From the NCBI GenBank assembly GCA_964529165.1, contig CAZGWG010000003.1:1-48945 (forward strand): a DNA stretch of 48,945 nt, written 5' to 3'. Positions 20,801 to 28,579 of the stretch are shown here, piece after piece. Below the pieces are notes generated by a model that was given only the letters and a program-made list of their open reading frames with translations, was not told the origin of the DNA and did not search any database. The stretch's first letter is position 1; every line of letters starts with the position of its first letter. Source of the DNA: an uncultured Sphingobacterium sp. (GTDB lineage Bacteria; Bacteroidota; Bacteroidia; Sphingobacteriales; Sphingobacteriaceae). The translations under genes and the position numbers were made by a program.

Positions 20801-21484
20801 CAGGCAAGAGAATTATCAGGTCAGACGGGATCCGGGATGTATTATGGCCCCGGATTATCATCCACGGGAACATTCAATCCTGCAGAGGCAGGAATAGGTA
20901 CTCATACGCTGAAATATGTTTTTTCTGCGAATAATGGATGTTCCGAATCAATTTCTCAGACAATTACAGTAATTCCTACTCCTTTACTTAATGCGGGAAG
21001 AGATACCCTGGTTCTTGAGGGTGGAGAGGTTAAGCTAAATGCAATTGCAGTGGGCAGTAATCTGACTTATAAATGGTTTCCCTCAAGTGGTTTAAGCCGG
21101 GATGATATTCCAGATCCGGTGGCAAGCCCTCTAGATGATATCACCTATACAGTGACTGTGACTTCTGATCAGTCTTGTGTCTCCATGGATAATGTCCTTG
21201 TCAAAGTACTGAGACAACCTGAAGTACCAAATGCGTTTAGTCCGAATAACGATGGGATGAACGATCTTTGGAATGTGAAATACCTTGAAAGTTATGCCAA
21301 TGCTACTGTTCAGGTTTTTAGTCGCTTTGGGGAGATTGTTTATAAAAGTTTAAAAGGTTATTCTAAACCATGGGATGGGCAATTTAATGGGATTAATCTG
21401 CCGGTAGGTACATATTATTATATTATTGATCCCAAGACGAAAGGCAGGAAAGTTATTTCAGGAGCGGTGACGATATTGAGGTAG
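17879..21484 (+). CDS. T9SS type-B substrate: IgGFc-binding-like N-domain, PKD repeats, gliding-motility-associated C-terminal domain
   Basis: SNKGTDFWV N-terminus, several W(D/N)FG(D/N) PKD repeats, C-terminal PNAFSPNNDGMND...WDG...LPVGTYYY...ILR. TTG start. Confidence 0.88.
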   Translation: MKRISGIVLIVFGLLAGIFLNASAQNTSNKGTDFWVAYAGHIDAKLSRMTLFLSSDVNTTYQVEGNGQIIASGSIAANIISPVFVDPNAIDVHIASSDVIESNRGIHITSGNPISVYSIISNSARTGGSLILPTKSLGREYYAFSYQNSGGSQGGNARSQFTILAVEDNTEIEITPATDSFNGARKANTAFKITQKLNKGDIYQYQSANDVSGSLIRTLGTCKPIAVFSGSTWSAFCESGSTRANPSGGDNLYQQLFPVSSWGKNFVTAPFYNTENGNIDAIRVIVSEDNTTISVNGSNTQAAGVPLANPYKKGSIITYFTNKPSILKADKPVGVAQYQSSQNCNAANPNNQGGPGGQGGQEPGFPGDPEMTVLNPIEQTLSDITVFSRLNSISGVRTQINKYFLNIIIKTADAGGLTVDGTAINNFKAVDNEYSYAVIDVTGSQDQHRIKASGGFVAIAYGYGPVESYAYLAGADVRNLFQNITVSNKADKIITSGCSNSAPKFVLKLPYQSSSIVWDIDDGKGSYTDLNPVFTTSQIDGRTVYNYVYPKADPIYKAIGKYRITAIAQNPVPSGCDASELISLDFEIFDPPVSSFNAPAQSCVNSIISFRDISIANNMKIVNWIWDFGDNEFSDKQHPSHSYKKNGIYKVKLIIEGENGCTSEVFSRDITIYDLPLADFRVAIPACENKTLTFTDQSVSSQGKIIKWTWDFGDQGTPEERDSGAPVNHTFLSAGTYIVKLKVLTENTCESMVFEKSVLINPLPVVKFGVPEICIKDSFAQFTDSSTISDGSELTYLWNFGNAAAAPGTNTSTLRNPTHRYTVAGFYQVTLTVSSKTGCTNTLVKTFTVNGATPIAGFDVINPSGLCSNKEVVFKNTSTVDFGNVGKVEWYFDYDNAPAVKIVDENPLPGKEYRFNYPVFSSPATRQIRVRLVAYSGGSCFDDEIKTITLFASPSLSFSPIANVCQELAPFRITQARELSGQTGSGMYYGPGLSSTGTFNPAEAGIGTHTLKYVFSANNGCSESISQTITVIPTPLLNAGRDTLVLEGGEVKLNAIAVGSNLTYKWFPSSGLSRDDIPDPVASPLDDITYTVTVTSDQSCVSMDNVLVKVLRQPEVPNAFSPNNDGMNDLWNVKYLESYANATVQVFSRFGEIVYKSLKGYSKPWDGQFNGINLPVGTYYYIIDPKTKGRKVISGAVTILR

Positions 21485-21584
21485 CAGTTTTTCGGAGAAC
21501 AGGGAATGGGAAATGGAGACTCAATAGCTATCAGTTGGGGGTTAGGTAAGGGCATACTGATTAACAGAGATAAAAAATAGTCGA

Positions 21585-22175
21585 ATGGACCTACAACAAT
21601 CATTGACGCAATTAAAATTACTCATTGATCGGATTCATAAATTGAATCAGGAGGAATGGGAGGCTTTTTCAGCAATATGGACTCCTTTTACTGCCAGAAG
21701 AAAGGAAGTAATTACACGATCTGGTGAAAGGGAACGTTATCTCTATTTTGTTCTTGATGGGGTTCAGCGTGTTTATTACCATGATGAATATGGACGGGAA
21801 GCGACACTGGTCTTTACTTATGCTCCCTCTTTTGGAGGAGTTCTTGATTCTATGCTGAATGAGCAAATCTCTAAATATAATTATGAAGCCTTGAGCAGAT
21901 CTGAATTTTTAAGAGCTTCTTTTTCAGATCTGAAAGACCTTATGCTCAGGTATCAGGGAGTAAGATCCATCATTATGACCGGAGTTTCAGGTGCCCTTGC
22001 CGGGGTACTTGAGCGACTAGCAGAGTTACAGTGCTTTTCATCGGAGGAGAAGTTCAAAAAACTATTGACCCGAAGTCCGCATATTCTGAATATTGTACCA
22101 CATAAATATCTTGCAAATTATCTGGGAATAGATCCGACAAACTTCAGCAAATTGATTAACAGGGTTATCATTTAA
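21585..22175 (+). CDS. Crp/Fnr family transcriptional regulator
   Basis: cNMP-like domain (LYFVLDGVQRVYY) and C-terminal HTH (VPHKYLANYLGIDPTNFSKL) typical of Bacteroidota Crp paralogues. Confidence 0.85.
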   Translation: MDLQQSLTQLKLLIDRIHKLNQEEWEAFSAIWTPFTARRKEVITRSGERERYLYFVLDGVQRVYYHDEYGREATLVFTYAPSFGGVLDSMLNEQISKYNYEALSRSEFLRASFSDLKDLMLRYQGVRSIIMTGVSGALAGVLERLAELQCFSSEEKFKKLLTRSPHILNIVPHKYLANYLGIDPTNFSKLINRVII

Positions 22176-22240
22176 GAGTATGTTAGAGATCAGTTAAAGT
22201 TAATATAGAACACTATTATTTGGGGATTTCGCTACTAATT

Positions 22241-22783
22241 ATGAAACTCGATAAATACAAGCTGATAGAGGAGCTTGAAATAGAAATTAGAAATCAGATG
22301 GATCAGGTAATGGAAAGGTTTGAAAGAGCATCTGAAAATGTATTGCAAAAACCTTCTGCTTCCGGAGGCTGGAGTATTCTGCAATGTCTTGACCATTTGA
22401 ATAGCTATGGATTTTATTATCTCCCACAAATTACCAATGCTTTGAGAAAAGCGAAAAAATCTGATAAGCCTGTTTATCGGAGTGGCTGGCTCGGAGATTA
22501 TTTTACGAAGATGATGTCTCCGGAAACCGGGACTAAAAAATTTAAAGCATTCAAAGATCATCAGCCTGAGGAATTTCCGGATTCAAGAATTGTAATCAGT
22601 GAGTTTCTTCGTCAGGAAGAATTATTACTGAGCTATCTGAGCGATGCGAAACAAGTGGATATGGCTTCTGTTAAGGTACCTGTTTCCATTGCACCATGGA
22701 TTAGCATCAGGCTCGGTGATACATTCAGATTTCTGCTTGCACACAATAAGAGGCATCTCTTACAGGCATTACGCAACCTGTAA
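22241..22783 (+). CDS. DinB family protein
   Basis: WSILQCLDHL and HNKRHLLQA metal-binding His motifs; ATG at 22241. Confidence 0.85.
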   Translation: MKLDKYKLIEELEIEIRNQMDQVMERFERASENVLQKPSASGGWSILQCLDHLNSYGFYYLPQITNALRKAKKSDKPVYRSGWLGDYFTKMMSPETGTKKFKAFKDHQPEEFPDSRIVISEFLRQEELLLSYLSDAKQVDMASVKVPVSIAPWISIRLGDTFRFLLAHNKRHLLQALRNL

Positions 22784-22804
22784 TTAAAATTTAAAGGCGA
22801 TTAA

Positions 22805-24037
22805 TTACAGACTCTCATGCTGTTTCAGAAATTTGAAACGGCTGATCAGCATAGTCAAAATACCAGTGAACATAATAATTGCCGCGCCGAGCAACATTTC
22901 ATTGATATAGGGGACTGCTGTATAACTCAAAGCAGAAACGCCCTGAATCATTAAGAGTAATTCATTGAATATTATGCCAAATACAAAAATAAATATGCCC
23001 GAAATTAATAATTTACTAATACTGATGAGCTCAAAGGATACAATATATCCCAGAATAAAGGTGCTTGTTACGCCTAGCAGAACCAGATGTAAATAGCCGA
23101 TAATAATTGGTCTGAATCCATAGGACAAATGACTAAGTTCAGGGTGTATTGATCCGGATTGCAGGATAAGTTTAATTGTAAAGGCTATAGCTGAAAGAAT
23201 GAACAGGGTTTTTCCATATTGCGGAATGTTCTGATGGATTAAATCTCTGTTCTTATTGCAGACTTTAAGTAGAATTATCCAGGCTGCTAATTGCAGAATT
23301 ACTGCTGCAATTAGTATTATATATATCGTACCAATAAATTCCATCCAAAGGATTGAAAGAAAATAAGCAGGGATACAGGCGAAGCAAAAAAAATGAAATA
23401 CTCTATAAAGCTTTTGTCGTTCTCCGCTAATAATTTCCAGCTTGTCATTGAGCAAACCCATCCCTGCAAAGAGAAACCAGCCATTGTACTGAAAATGCAG
23501 GAAAAAATAAATTGAGCTTAGGTACCAGTCCTGATTATTTATTTTATTAGCCAACATATAAGCCAGATTAAATGCGCCGAATGATGAAATGATCCCAAAG
23601 ATCAAAGCCGCTTTAAACCATAGTATGCTTGCGCTTTTTTCTTTTATCTTATTAAGATCCTTCCAGAAATAAAATGCAAAGGCATAGAATGCAAAAATAT
23701 TGAGGGTTGAAAAGCTTATAGAATATAAGGCATATCCCTGGATGATGAAAGAAATCATCATCCCGTATGAACTGATCAGATTTGCATATAACAGGTATCG
23801 ATATCTTTTACTGATCTCATTTTCAAATCTGGTTCCCAGATAATAAATCATTAGAATCATCAGGCTTTGGGTAATCCAACCTGAGAATGCGAAATGAGAA
23901 TGACTATGCAGAATAAATTTCTGATCTATGAAGGGGAGGGAATACGCAATTTTATAGCGAAGAATTAAACCCAGAGCAGCAACAAGTAACAGATTAAGGA
24001 TTGAAATGTTGAGCCATCGCGATATAAACCTATTCAT
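22805..24037 (-). CDS. Uncharacterised polytopic membrane protein with three His-x4-Gly motifs (NnrS / heme-copper-oxidase subunit I-like architecture)
   Basis: About 410 aa with roughly 12 hydrophobic segments; HSHSHFAFSGW, HFQYNGW, HLVLLG. ATG at 24037 (alternative TTG 24043). Confidence 0.75.
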   Translation of the reverse strand: MNRFISRWLNISILNLLLVAALGLILRYKIAYSLPFIDQKFILHSHSHFAFSGWITQSLMILMIYYLGTRFENEISKRYRYLLYANLISSYGMMISFIIQGYALYSISFSTLNIFAFYAFAFYFWKDLNKIKEKSASILWFKAALIFGIISSFGAFNLAYMLANKINNQDWYLSSIYFFLHFQYNGWFLFAGMGLLNDKLEIISGERQKLYRVFHFFCFACIPAYFLSILWMEFIGTIYIILIAAVILQLAAWIILLKVCNKNRDLIHQNIPQYGKTLFILSAIAFTIKLILQSGSIHPELSHLSYGFRPIIIGYLHLVLLGVTSTFILGYIVSFELISISKLLISGIFIFVFGIIFNELLLMIQGVSALSYTAVPYINEMLLGAAIIMFTGILTMLISRFKFLKQHESL

Positions 24038-24065
24038 GTTCAATACAAAAATAGGCCAGATTTAA

Positions 24066-24686
24066 TTATAACATTATGACTTCAATCATATCCTTACAAT
24101 ACACCTTTCCTTTGCTTATAACTAAATCTCCTTTTTCATGCATCAAACGCATGGTTCGAATGACGGTTTCTACTCTAAGTCCGGTCATATATGCTATCTG
24201 CTGGCGGGTTAATTTTAACTGATTACATTCATTGCAGAAGTTTTTATTTTCTGCTTTGAGATGATTAATCAGGTTAATTATTCTGGTTTCGGGATTGTGA
24301 CAAGCGAATGTTTTGATAACAGAATACCTGAATCTGAGTCGTTTGGTTAATAGTCTGGTAAAGTCGAAAAGTAAATTGGTGTTTTCCTTAAGCAGATTAA
24401 TGAATGTAGGTTTATAAAGTCTGATCAGAATGCAGTTAGTTTCTGCAATTGCTGAGGCGGCATAAGGCCCGTCATCAAATAAAGGGAATTCACCAAAAGA
24501 TTCACCAGCTTCTATGATGCTATGGATACATTCCCTGCCCTCAGAATCAATATTTATCCACCTTACATTCCCGCTTACCAATTGATAATAATAAGAGCAG
24601 GTTTGTCCTTCATGGAAAATGATTTCGCCTGAGCTTATTTTTTTATAAGTAGCACCCCATGCCAGTAATAAGTTGATATCAATCAT
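24066..24686 (-). CDS. Crp/Fnr family transcriptional regulator, Cys-rich
   Basis: IIFHEG, GESFGEFPLF, HTH LTRQQIAYMTGLRVETVIR. Probable start ATG 24686 (MIDINLLLAWGA). Confidence 0.9.
   Translation of the reverse strand: MIDINLLLAWGATYKKISSGEIIFHEGQTCSYYYQLVSGNVRWINIDSEGRECIHSIIEAGESFGEFPLFDDGPYAASAIAETNCILIRLYKPTFINLLKENTNLLFDFTRLLTKRLRFRYSVIKTFACHNPETRIINLINHLKAENKNFCNECNQLKLTRQQIAYMTGLRVETVIRTMRLMHEKGDLVISKGKVYCKDMIEVIML
24075..24090. promoter_or_regulatory. Crp/Fnr-like palindromic box TATGACTTCAATCATA upstream of the His-motif membrane protein
   Basis: Palindrome 21 nt from a perfect TAnnTTTG -7 element on the minus strand (24046-24053). Lies inside the 3' end of the crp gene. Confidence 0.7.
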
Positions 24687-24761
24687 TTTTTCTGCGTTAC
24701 GAGTGATAAACAAAATTAAAGTCAGGAGGCTGTACCAATTGTGACCCTGCTTATTCAAATA

Positions 24762-24793
24762 TATGATATTTATCATTTATGATTGAACGCATA
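24762..24793. promoter_or_regulatory. Two adjacent Crp/Fnr-like boxes (TATGATATTTATCATT, TATGATTGAACGCATA) upstream of the nos operon
   Basis: Boxes at 24762-24777 and 24778-24793; the second is 21 nt from the -7-like octamer TAAAATTG (24815-24822). Confidence 0.65.
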
Positions 24794-24858
24794 AGAAGAT
24801 CCTCATGTCTTGGGTAAAATTGTACAAGCAAATAAATTCTTTATTTAAATTCTGGAAC

Positions 24859-25344
24859 ATGAAAAAACTTCTTTCACTTAGTCTTATTACTTTGATCATT
24901 GTTGCTGCAGCTTCCTGTGGTGGAAGCAATGACCCGAAGAAAGCCAATGAAGCTGCATCATCCCCTGCCACCGGCACAGATCCGGGTAATCCTTCTTATG
25001 ATCCTCATCGGGGTGAAGGCAAATTTACGAGTGTAGACCTATCCCCAACATTAGATGCTGCAAAGGCTGAACTGGGAAACCAGATCTCTCAGGTAAAATG
25101 TAGTAGTTGCCATAAGCTTACTGATGAGAAGCTTGTAGGCCCGGGATGGGCAGGAGTAACAACTCGTCGTAAACCTGAATGGATCATGAACTTTATAACC
25201 AATACGGATGTAATGATCGATAAAGATCCTGAAGTTCAGGCACAACTCGAACTTTGTCTGGTACGCATGCCTAATCAAAATCTTTCAGATGATGACGCAA
25301 GGAATCTGCTTGAATACATGCGTCAGAATGATGGGGTAAAATAG
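24859..25344 (+). CDS. Monoheme cytochrome c lipoprotein (nos-associated)
   Basis: Lipobox AAASC, heme motif CSSCH, LVGP and distal Met in RMPNQ; directly upstream of nosZ; ATG 24859. Confidence 0.9.
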   Translation: MKKLLSLSLITLIIVAAASCGGSNDPKKANEAASSPATGTDPGNPSYDPHRGEGKFTSVDLSPTLDAAKAELGNQISQVKCSSCHKLTDEKLVGPGWAGVTTRRKPEWIMNFITNTDVMIDKDPEVQAQLELCLVRMPNQNLSDDDARNLLEYMRQNDGVK

Positions 25345-25477
25345 GTTCTTCAAAACCCTATTTATTACTGAAAAATACATAAAGGCATTATAGATTAATG
25401 CTTGACAAGACTGTTTTGCTCAATTCAGGCACTGTGTCCAATTAAACCAGGATTATTAATTACAAAATCAATAAAAA

Positions 25478-27490
25478 ATGAAGATTAATTCAAGATATGT
25501 ACAAGGAGTGGCTGCCCTTGCATTATTAGCAAGTATGAATGCTTGCAAGCCCAAAGATGCCGGCTCTGTAGTGAGCGGAGATGCGGCTGCCAAAGTATAT
25601 GTCGCTCCGGGAAAATATGATGAGTATTATAATTTTGTTTCCGGTGGGTTTAGCGGACAGCTTTCTGTTTACGGACTTCCAAGTGGCAGATTACTCCGTG
25701 TTATTCCTGTTTTTTCTGTTGATCCGGAGAAGGGCTGGGGCTATTCAGAAGAGACCAAGCCAATGTTAAACACGTCGCACGGAATCGTTCCCTGGGACGA
25801 CCTTCATCATGTATCCATGTCTCAGACGAATGGTGAAATTGATGGCCGCTGGGTGTTTGCCAATGGAAACAATACTCCAAGGGTGGCCAGGATTGATCTC
25901 AAAACCTTTCGTACTGCTGAGATCCTTGAATTACCCAATAGTGGTGGTAATCACTCTTCTCCATTTATTACGGAGAACTCGGAGTACATTGTTGCAGGAA
26001 CCAGATTCAGTATTCCGCCGGATGATAAAAACGGGGATGTCCCAATCAATACGTATAAAGAGAATTTTAAAGGAACAATCAGTTTCATAAGTATTGATAA
26101 GACTAGTGGAAACATGGATGTTGCCTTTCAATTGCAGGGCCCCGGAGTCAACTTTGATTTGAGTCATGCCGGGAAAGGAAAATCCAATGGCTGGTTCTTT
26201 TTCAGCACCTATAATACCGAGCAGGCAAATACCTTGTTGGAAGTAAATGCATCCAAACGTGATAAAGATTTTATCATGGCTGTAAATTGGAAGATGGCTG
26301 AACAACTAATAAAAGAAGGTAAAGGCCGTAAACAGGCAGTGAAATATGCTAGTAATCGTTTTGATGAAAGTACCCATACTGCAACTTCAACAATTAAAGA
26401 TCAGGTTAGCGTATTGGATATCAGAGATTTTCCGGGATTGGTTTACATGATTCCATGCCCTAAATCTCCGCATGGCTGTGATGTTGATCCAAGTGGTGAG
26501 TATATCGTAGGTAGTGGTAAACTGGCTGCATTAATTCCGGTGTTCAGTTTTGATAAGATTCAAAAGGCTATTGCAGATAAAGCATTTGACGGAGAGTACG
26601 ATGGTATTCCGGTTATTAAATACGAAGCGGCCTTGTATGGAGAAGTTAAAAAGCCTGGTTTAGGTCCCTTGCACACAGAATTTGATGATAAAGGGAATGC
26701 ATACACCTCTATGTTCGTGTCCAGTGAAGTTGTAAAATGGAATGTAAAGGATCTGAAAGTTTTAGACAGGGTTCCGACTTACTATTCTGTAGGCCACCTG
26801 ATGATTCCAGGAGGAGACTCTAAAAAACCAACAGGAAAATACCTGGTAGCCTATAATAAAATTACCAAAGACCGCTATTTGCCAACTGGACCTGAGCTTT
26901 CTCAAAGTGCTCAATTGTATGATATTAGTGGTGATAAAATGCAATTATTGCTTGACTTTCCAACAATAGGTGAGCCTCATTATGCCCAAGCTGTTGCGGC
27001 AGATGTGATTAAGAATAATTCAACTAAATTCTTCAAAATTGAAGAGAATAAACATCCATACGTCGCAAAAGGTGAGAAGGAGGCAAAAGTATGGCGTGAG
27101 GGTAATAAGGTTCATATTAACATGACTTTGATGCGCTCACATCTTACACCTGATAATATTGAGGGTATAAGGGTAGGAGATGAAGTCTACTTCCATACGA
27201 CCAACCTTGAACAGGATTGGGATGTACCTCATGGTTTTGCTGTCAAAGGAGCATTAAATGCCGAACTTTTAGTCATGCCTGGCGAAACCACCACCTTGAA
27301 ATGGATTCCGTTAAAAGCTGGAATGTATCCAATGTATTGTACTGATTTCTGCAGTGCATTGCATCAGGAAATGTCTGGTTATGTACGTGTCTCTCCGGCA
27401 GGAAGTAATGTGCCGATTAGCTTTAGTACCGGTACAAATATGCCAAAAACAGATCTTGCAGCCGGACATAGTGCTGTTTCCAAAAAGTAA
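25478..27490 (+). CDS. nosZ: Sec-dependent (clade II) nitrous-oxide reductase
   Basis: DDLHH, GNHSS, SPHG, GPLH and EPH CuZ His motifs; CuA motif HGF...CTDFCSALHQEM. No twin-arginine leader; lipobox-like signal instead. Confidence 0.98.
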   Translation: MKINSRYVQGVAALALLASMNACKPKDAGSVVSGDAAAKVYVAPGKYDEYYNFVSGGFSGQLSVYGLPSGRLLRVIPVFSVDPEKGWGYSEETKPMLNTSHGIVPWDDLHHVSMSQTNGEIDGRWVFANGNNTPRVARIDLKTFRTAEILELPNSGGNHSSPFITENSEYIVAGTRFSIPPDDKNGDVPINTYKENFKGTISFISIDKTSGNMDVAFQLQGPGVNFDLSHAGKGKSNGWFFFSTYNTEQANTLLEVNASKRDKDFIMAVNWKMAEQLIKEGKGRKQAVKYASNRFDESTHTATSTIKDQVSVLDIRDFPGLVYMIPCPKSPHGCDVDPSGEYIVGSGKLAALIPVFSFDKIQKAIADKAFDGEYDGIPVIKYEAALYGEVKKPGLGPLHTEFDDKGNAYTSMFVSSEVVKWNVKDLKVLDRVPTYYSVGHLMIPGGDSKKPTGKYLVAYNKITKDRYLPTGPELSQSAQLYDISGDKMQLLLDFPTIGEPHYAQAVAADVIKNNSTKFFKIEENKHPYVAKGEKEAKVWREGNKVHINMTLMRSHLTPDNIEGIRVGDEVYFHTTNLEQDWDVPHGFAVKGALNAELLVMPGETTTLKWIPLKAGMYPMYCTDFCSALHQEMSGYVRVSPAGSNVPISFSTGTNMPKTDLAAGHSAVSKK

Positions 27491-27501
27491 TTTTCATAAA
27501 A

Positions 27502-27545
27502 GGGGATATGAGATTTGCCTGAGGCAATTTCATATCTCTCTTTTT
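27502..27545 (+). terminator. Stem-loop with U-tract between nosZ and nosB-L (partial terminator or mRNA stabiliser)
   Basis: GATATGA..TTGCC-TGA-GGCAA..TCATATC followed by TCTCTTTTT. Confidence 0.65.
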
Positions 27546-27556
27546 AACAATTTATT

Positions 27557-28579
27557 ATGAATAATAATAAAATTACCAGGACAAGCAGCATTGCACTCAT
27601 TGTTTGCGGACTTTCTTTAGTTGTGGTTTTGTTTACTCCTATATGGAGAATTGAACTTGATGCTCCTCAATATCCTGAAGGTTTAAGCTTACTGATTTAT
27701 GCAAATAAACTAGCTGGAAATGTTGAGATCATAAATGGACTGAATCATTACATAGGTATGAAGACCCTGCATGCTGATGATTTTGTGGAATTTAAAGTGC
27801 TTCCCGGTATCATATTGTTTTTCGCTGCCTTTTTTGTTGTGGCGGGATTGCTTGCCAGAAGAAAGATAATAAGTCTGCTACTTGCATTGTTTGTCGTATT
27901 TGGAATATTGGCAATGCTTGATTTTTGGAGATGGGAATACGATTATGGCCATGACCTGGACCCTAATGCAGCTATCATCGTTCCGGGGATGGCTTATCAG
28001 CCTCCTCTGATAGGATTTAAACAGTTGCTGAATTTTGGAGCCTATTCGATTCCGGATACCGGGGGATGGATATTTTTAGGGGCGGGGTTTGTATTGTTAG
28101 CTATCCTGATTTATGAAAGAAAAAGAGAAAATAATATGAGTTACCCAAAAAATAATCTGAACCTGCTACTAATAATGTTTTTTGCATTGTTTTTTTCTTC
28201 ATGTAGTATAAAACCCGAACCATTGCGAATAGGAAAGGATAGCTGTGACTTTTGTAAAATGACGATCAGTGATGTCCGCTTTGGTGCCGAAATTGTAACT
28301 GACAAGGGTAAAAAGTATAAGTTTGATGATCAGCATTGTCTCTCCCGCTTTTTACATGAAGATAAAGTCAAGGATGAGGATATCGCAGGCGTTTATTTTG
28401 TAGATTTCAATAAACCTCATGATTTGATCCAGGCTGAAAAGGCTTTCTTTCTTCAAAGTCCTGAGCTAAAAAGTCCGATGAACGGCAATGTTGCTGCTTT
28501 TAGTCATAATGATAGTCTGGAAAATGCTGTTCAACTATTTTATGGAAATAAAATTACCTGGAGGGAGATGCTTAAGTGA
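27557..28579 (+). CDS. nosL: Fused NosB-like membrane protein and NosL copper chaperone
   Basis: N-half WRIELDAPQYPEGL, INGLNHYIGM, YGHDLDPNAAI, YQPPLIG (clade II NosB type). C-half CDFCKM, KFDD..C, SPMNG (NosL). Confidence 0.88.
   Translation: MNNNKITRTSSIALIVCGLSLVVVLFTPIWRIELDAPQYPEGLSLLIYANKLAGNVEIINGLNHYIGMKTLHADDFVEFKVLPGIILFFAAFFVVAGLLARRKIISLLLALFVVFGILAMLDFWRWEYDYGHDLDPNAAIIVPGMAYQPPLIGFKQLLNFGAYSIPDTGGWIFLGAGFVLLAILIYERKRENNMSYPKNNLNLLLIMFFALFFSSCSIKPEPLRIGKDSCDFCKMTISDVRFGAEIVTDKGKKYKFDDQHCLSRFLHEDKVKDEDIAGVYFVDFNKPHDLIQAEKAFFLQSPELKSPMNGNVAAFSHNDSLENAVQLFYGNKITWREMLK

Noticed and set aside
22805-24037. Calling the His-motif membrane protein a nitric oxide reductase or oxidase subunit I
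   Set aside because: Canonical CuB/FeB ligand motifs are absent; kept only as an architectural resemblance.
24687-24858. Longer starts for the Crp regulator (24776) and cytochrome c (24805), and the 66-aa ORF at 24777-24977
   Set aside because: They run through the divergent promoter region with its boxes; downstream ATGs give typical N-termini.
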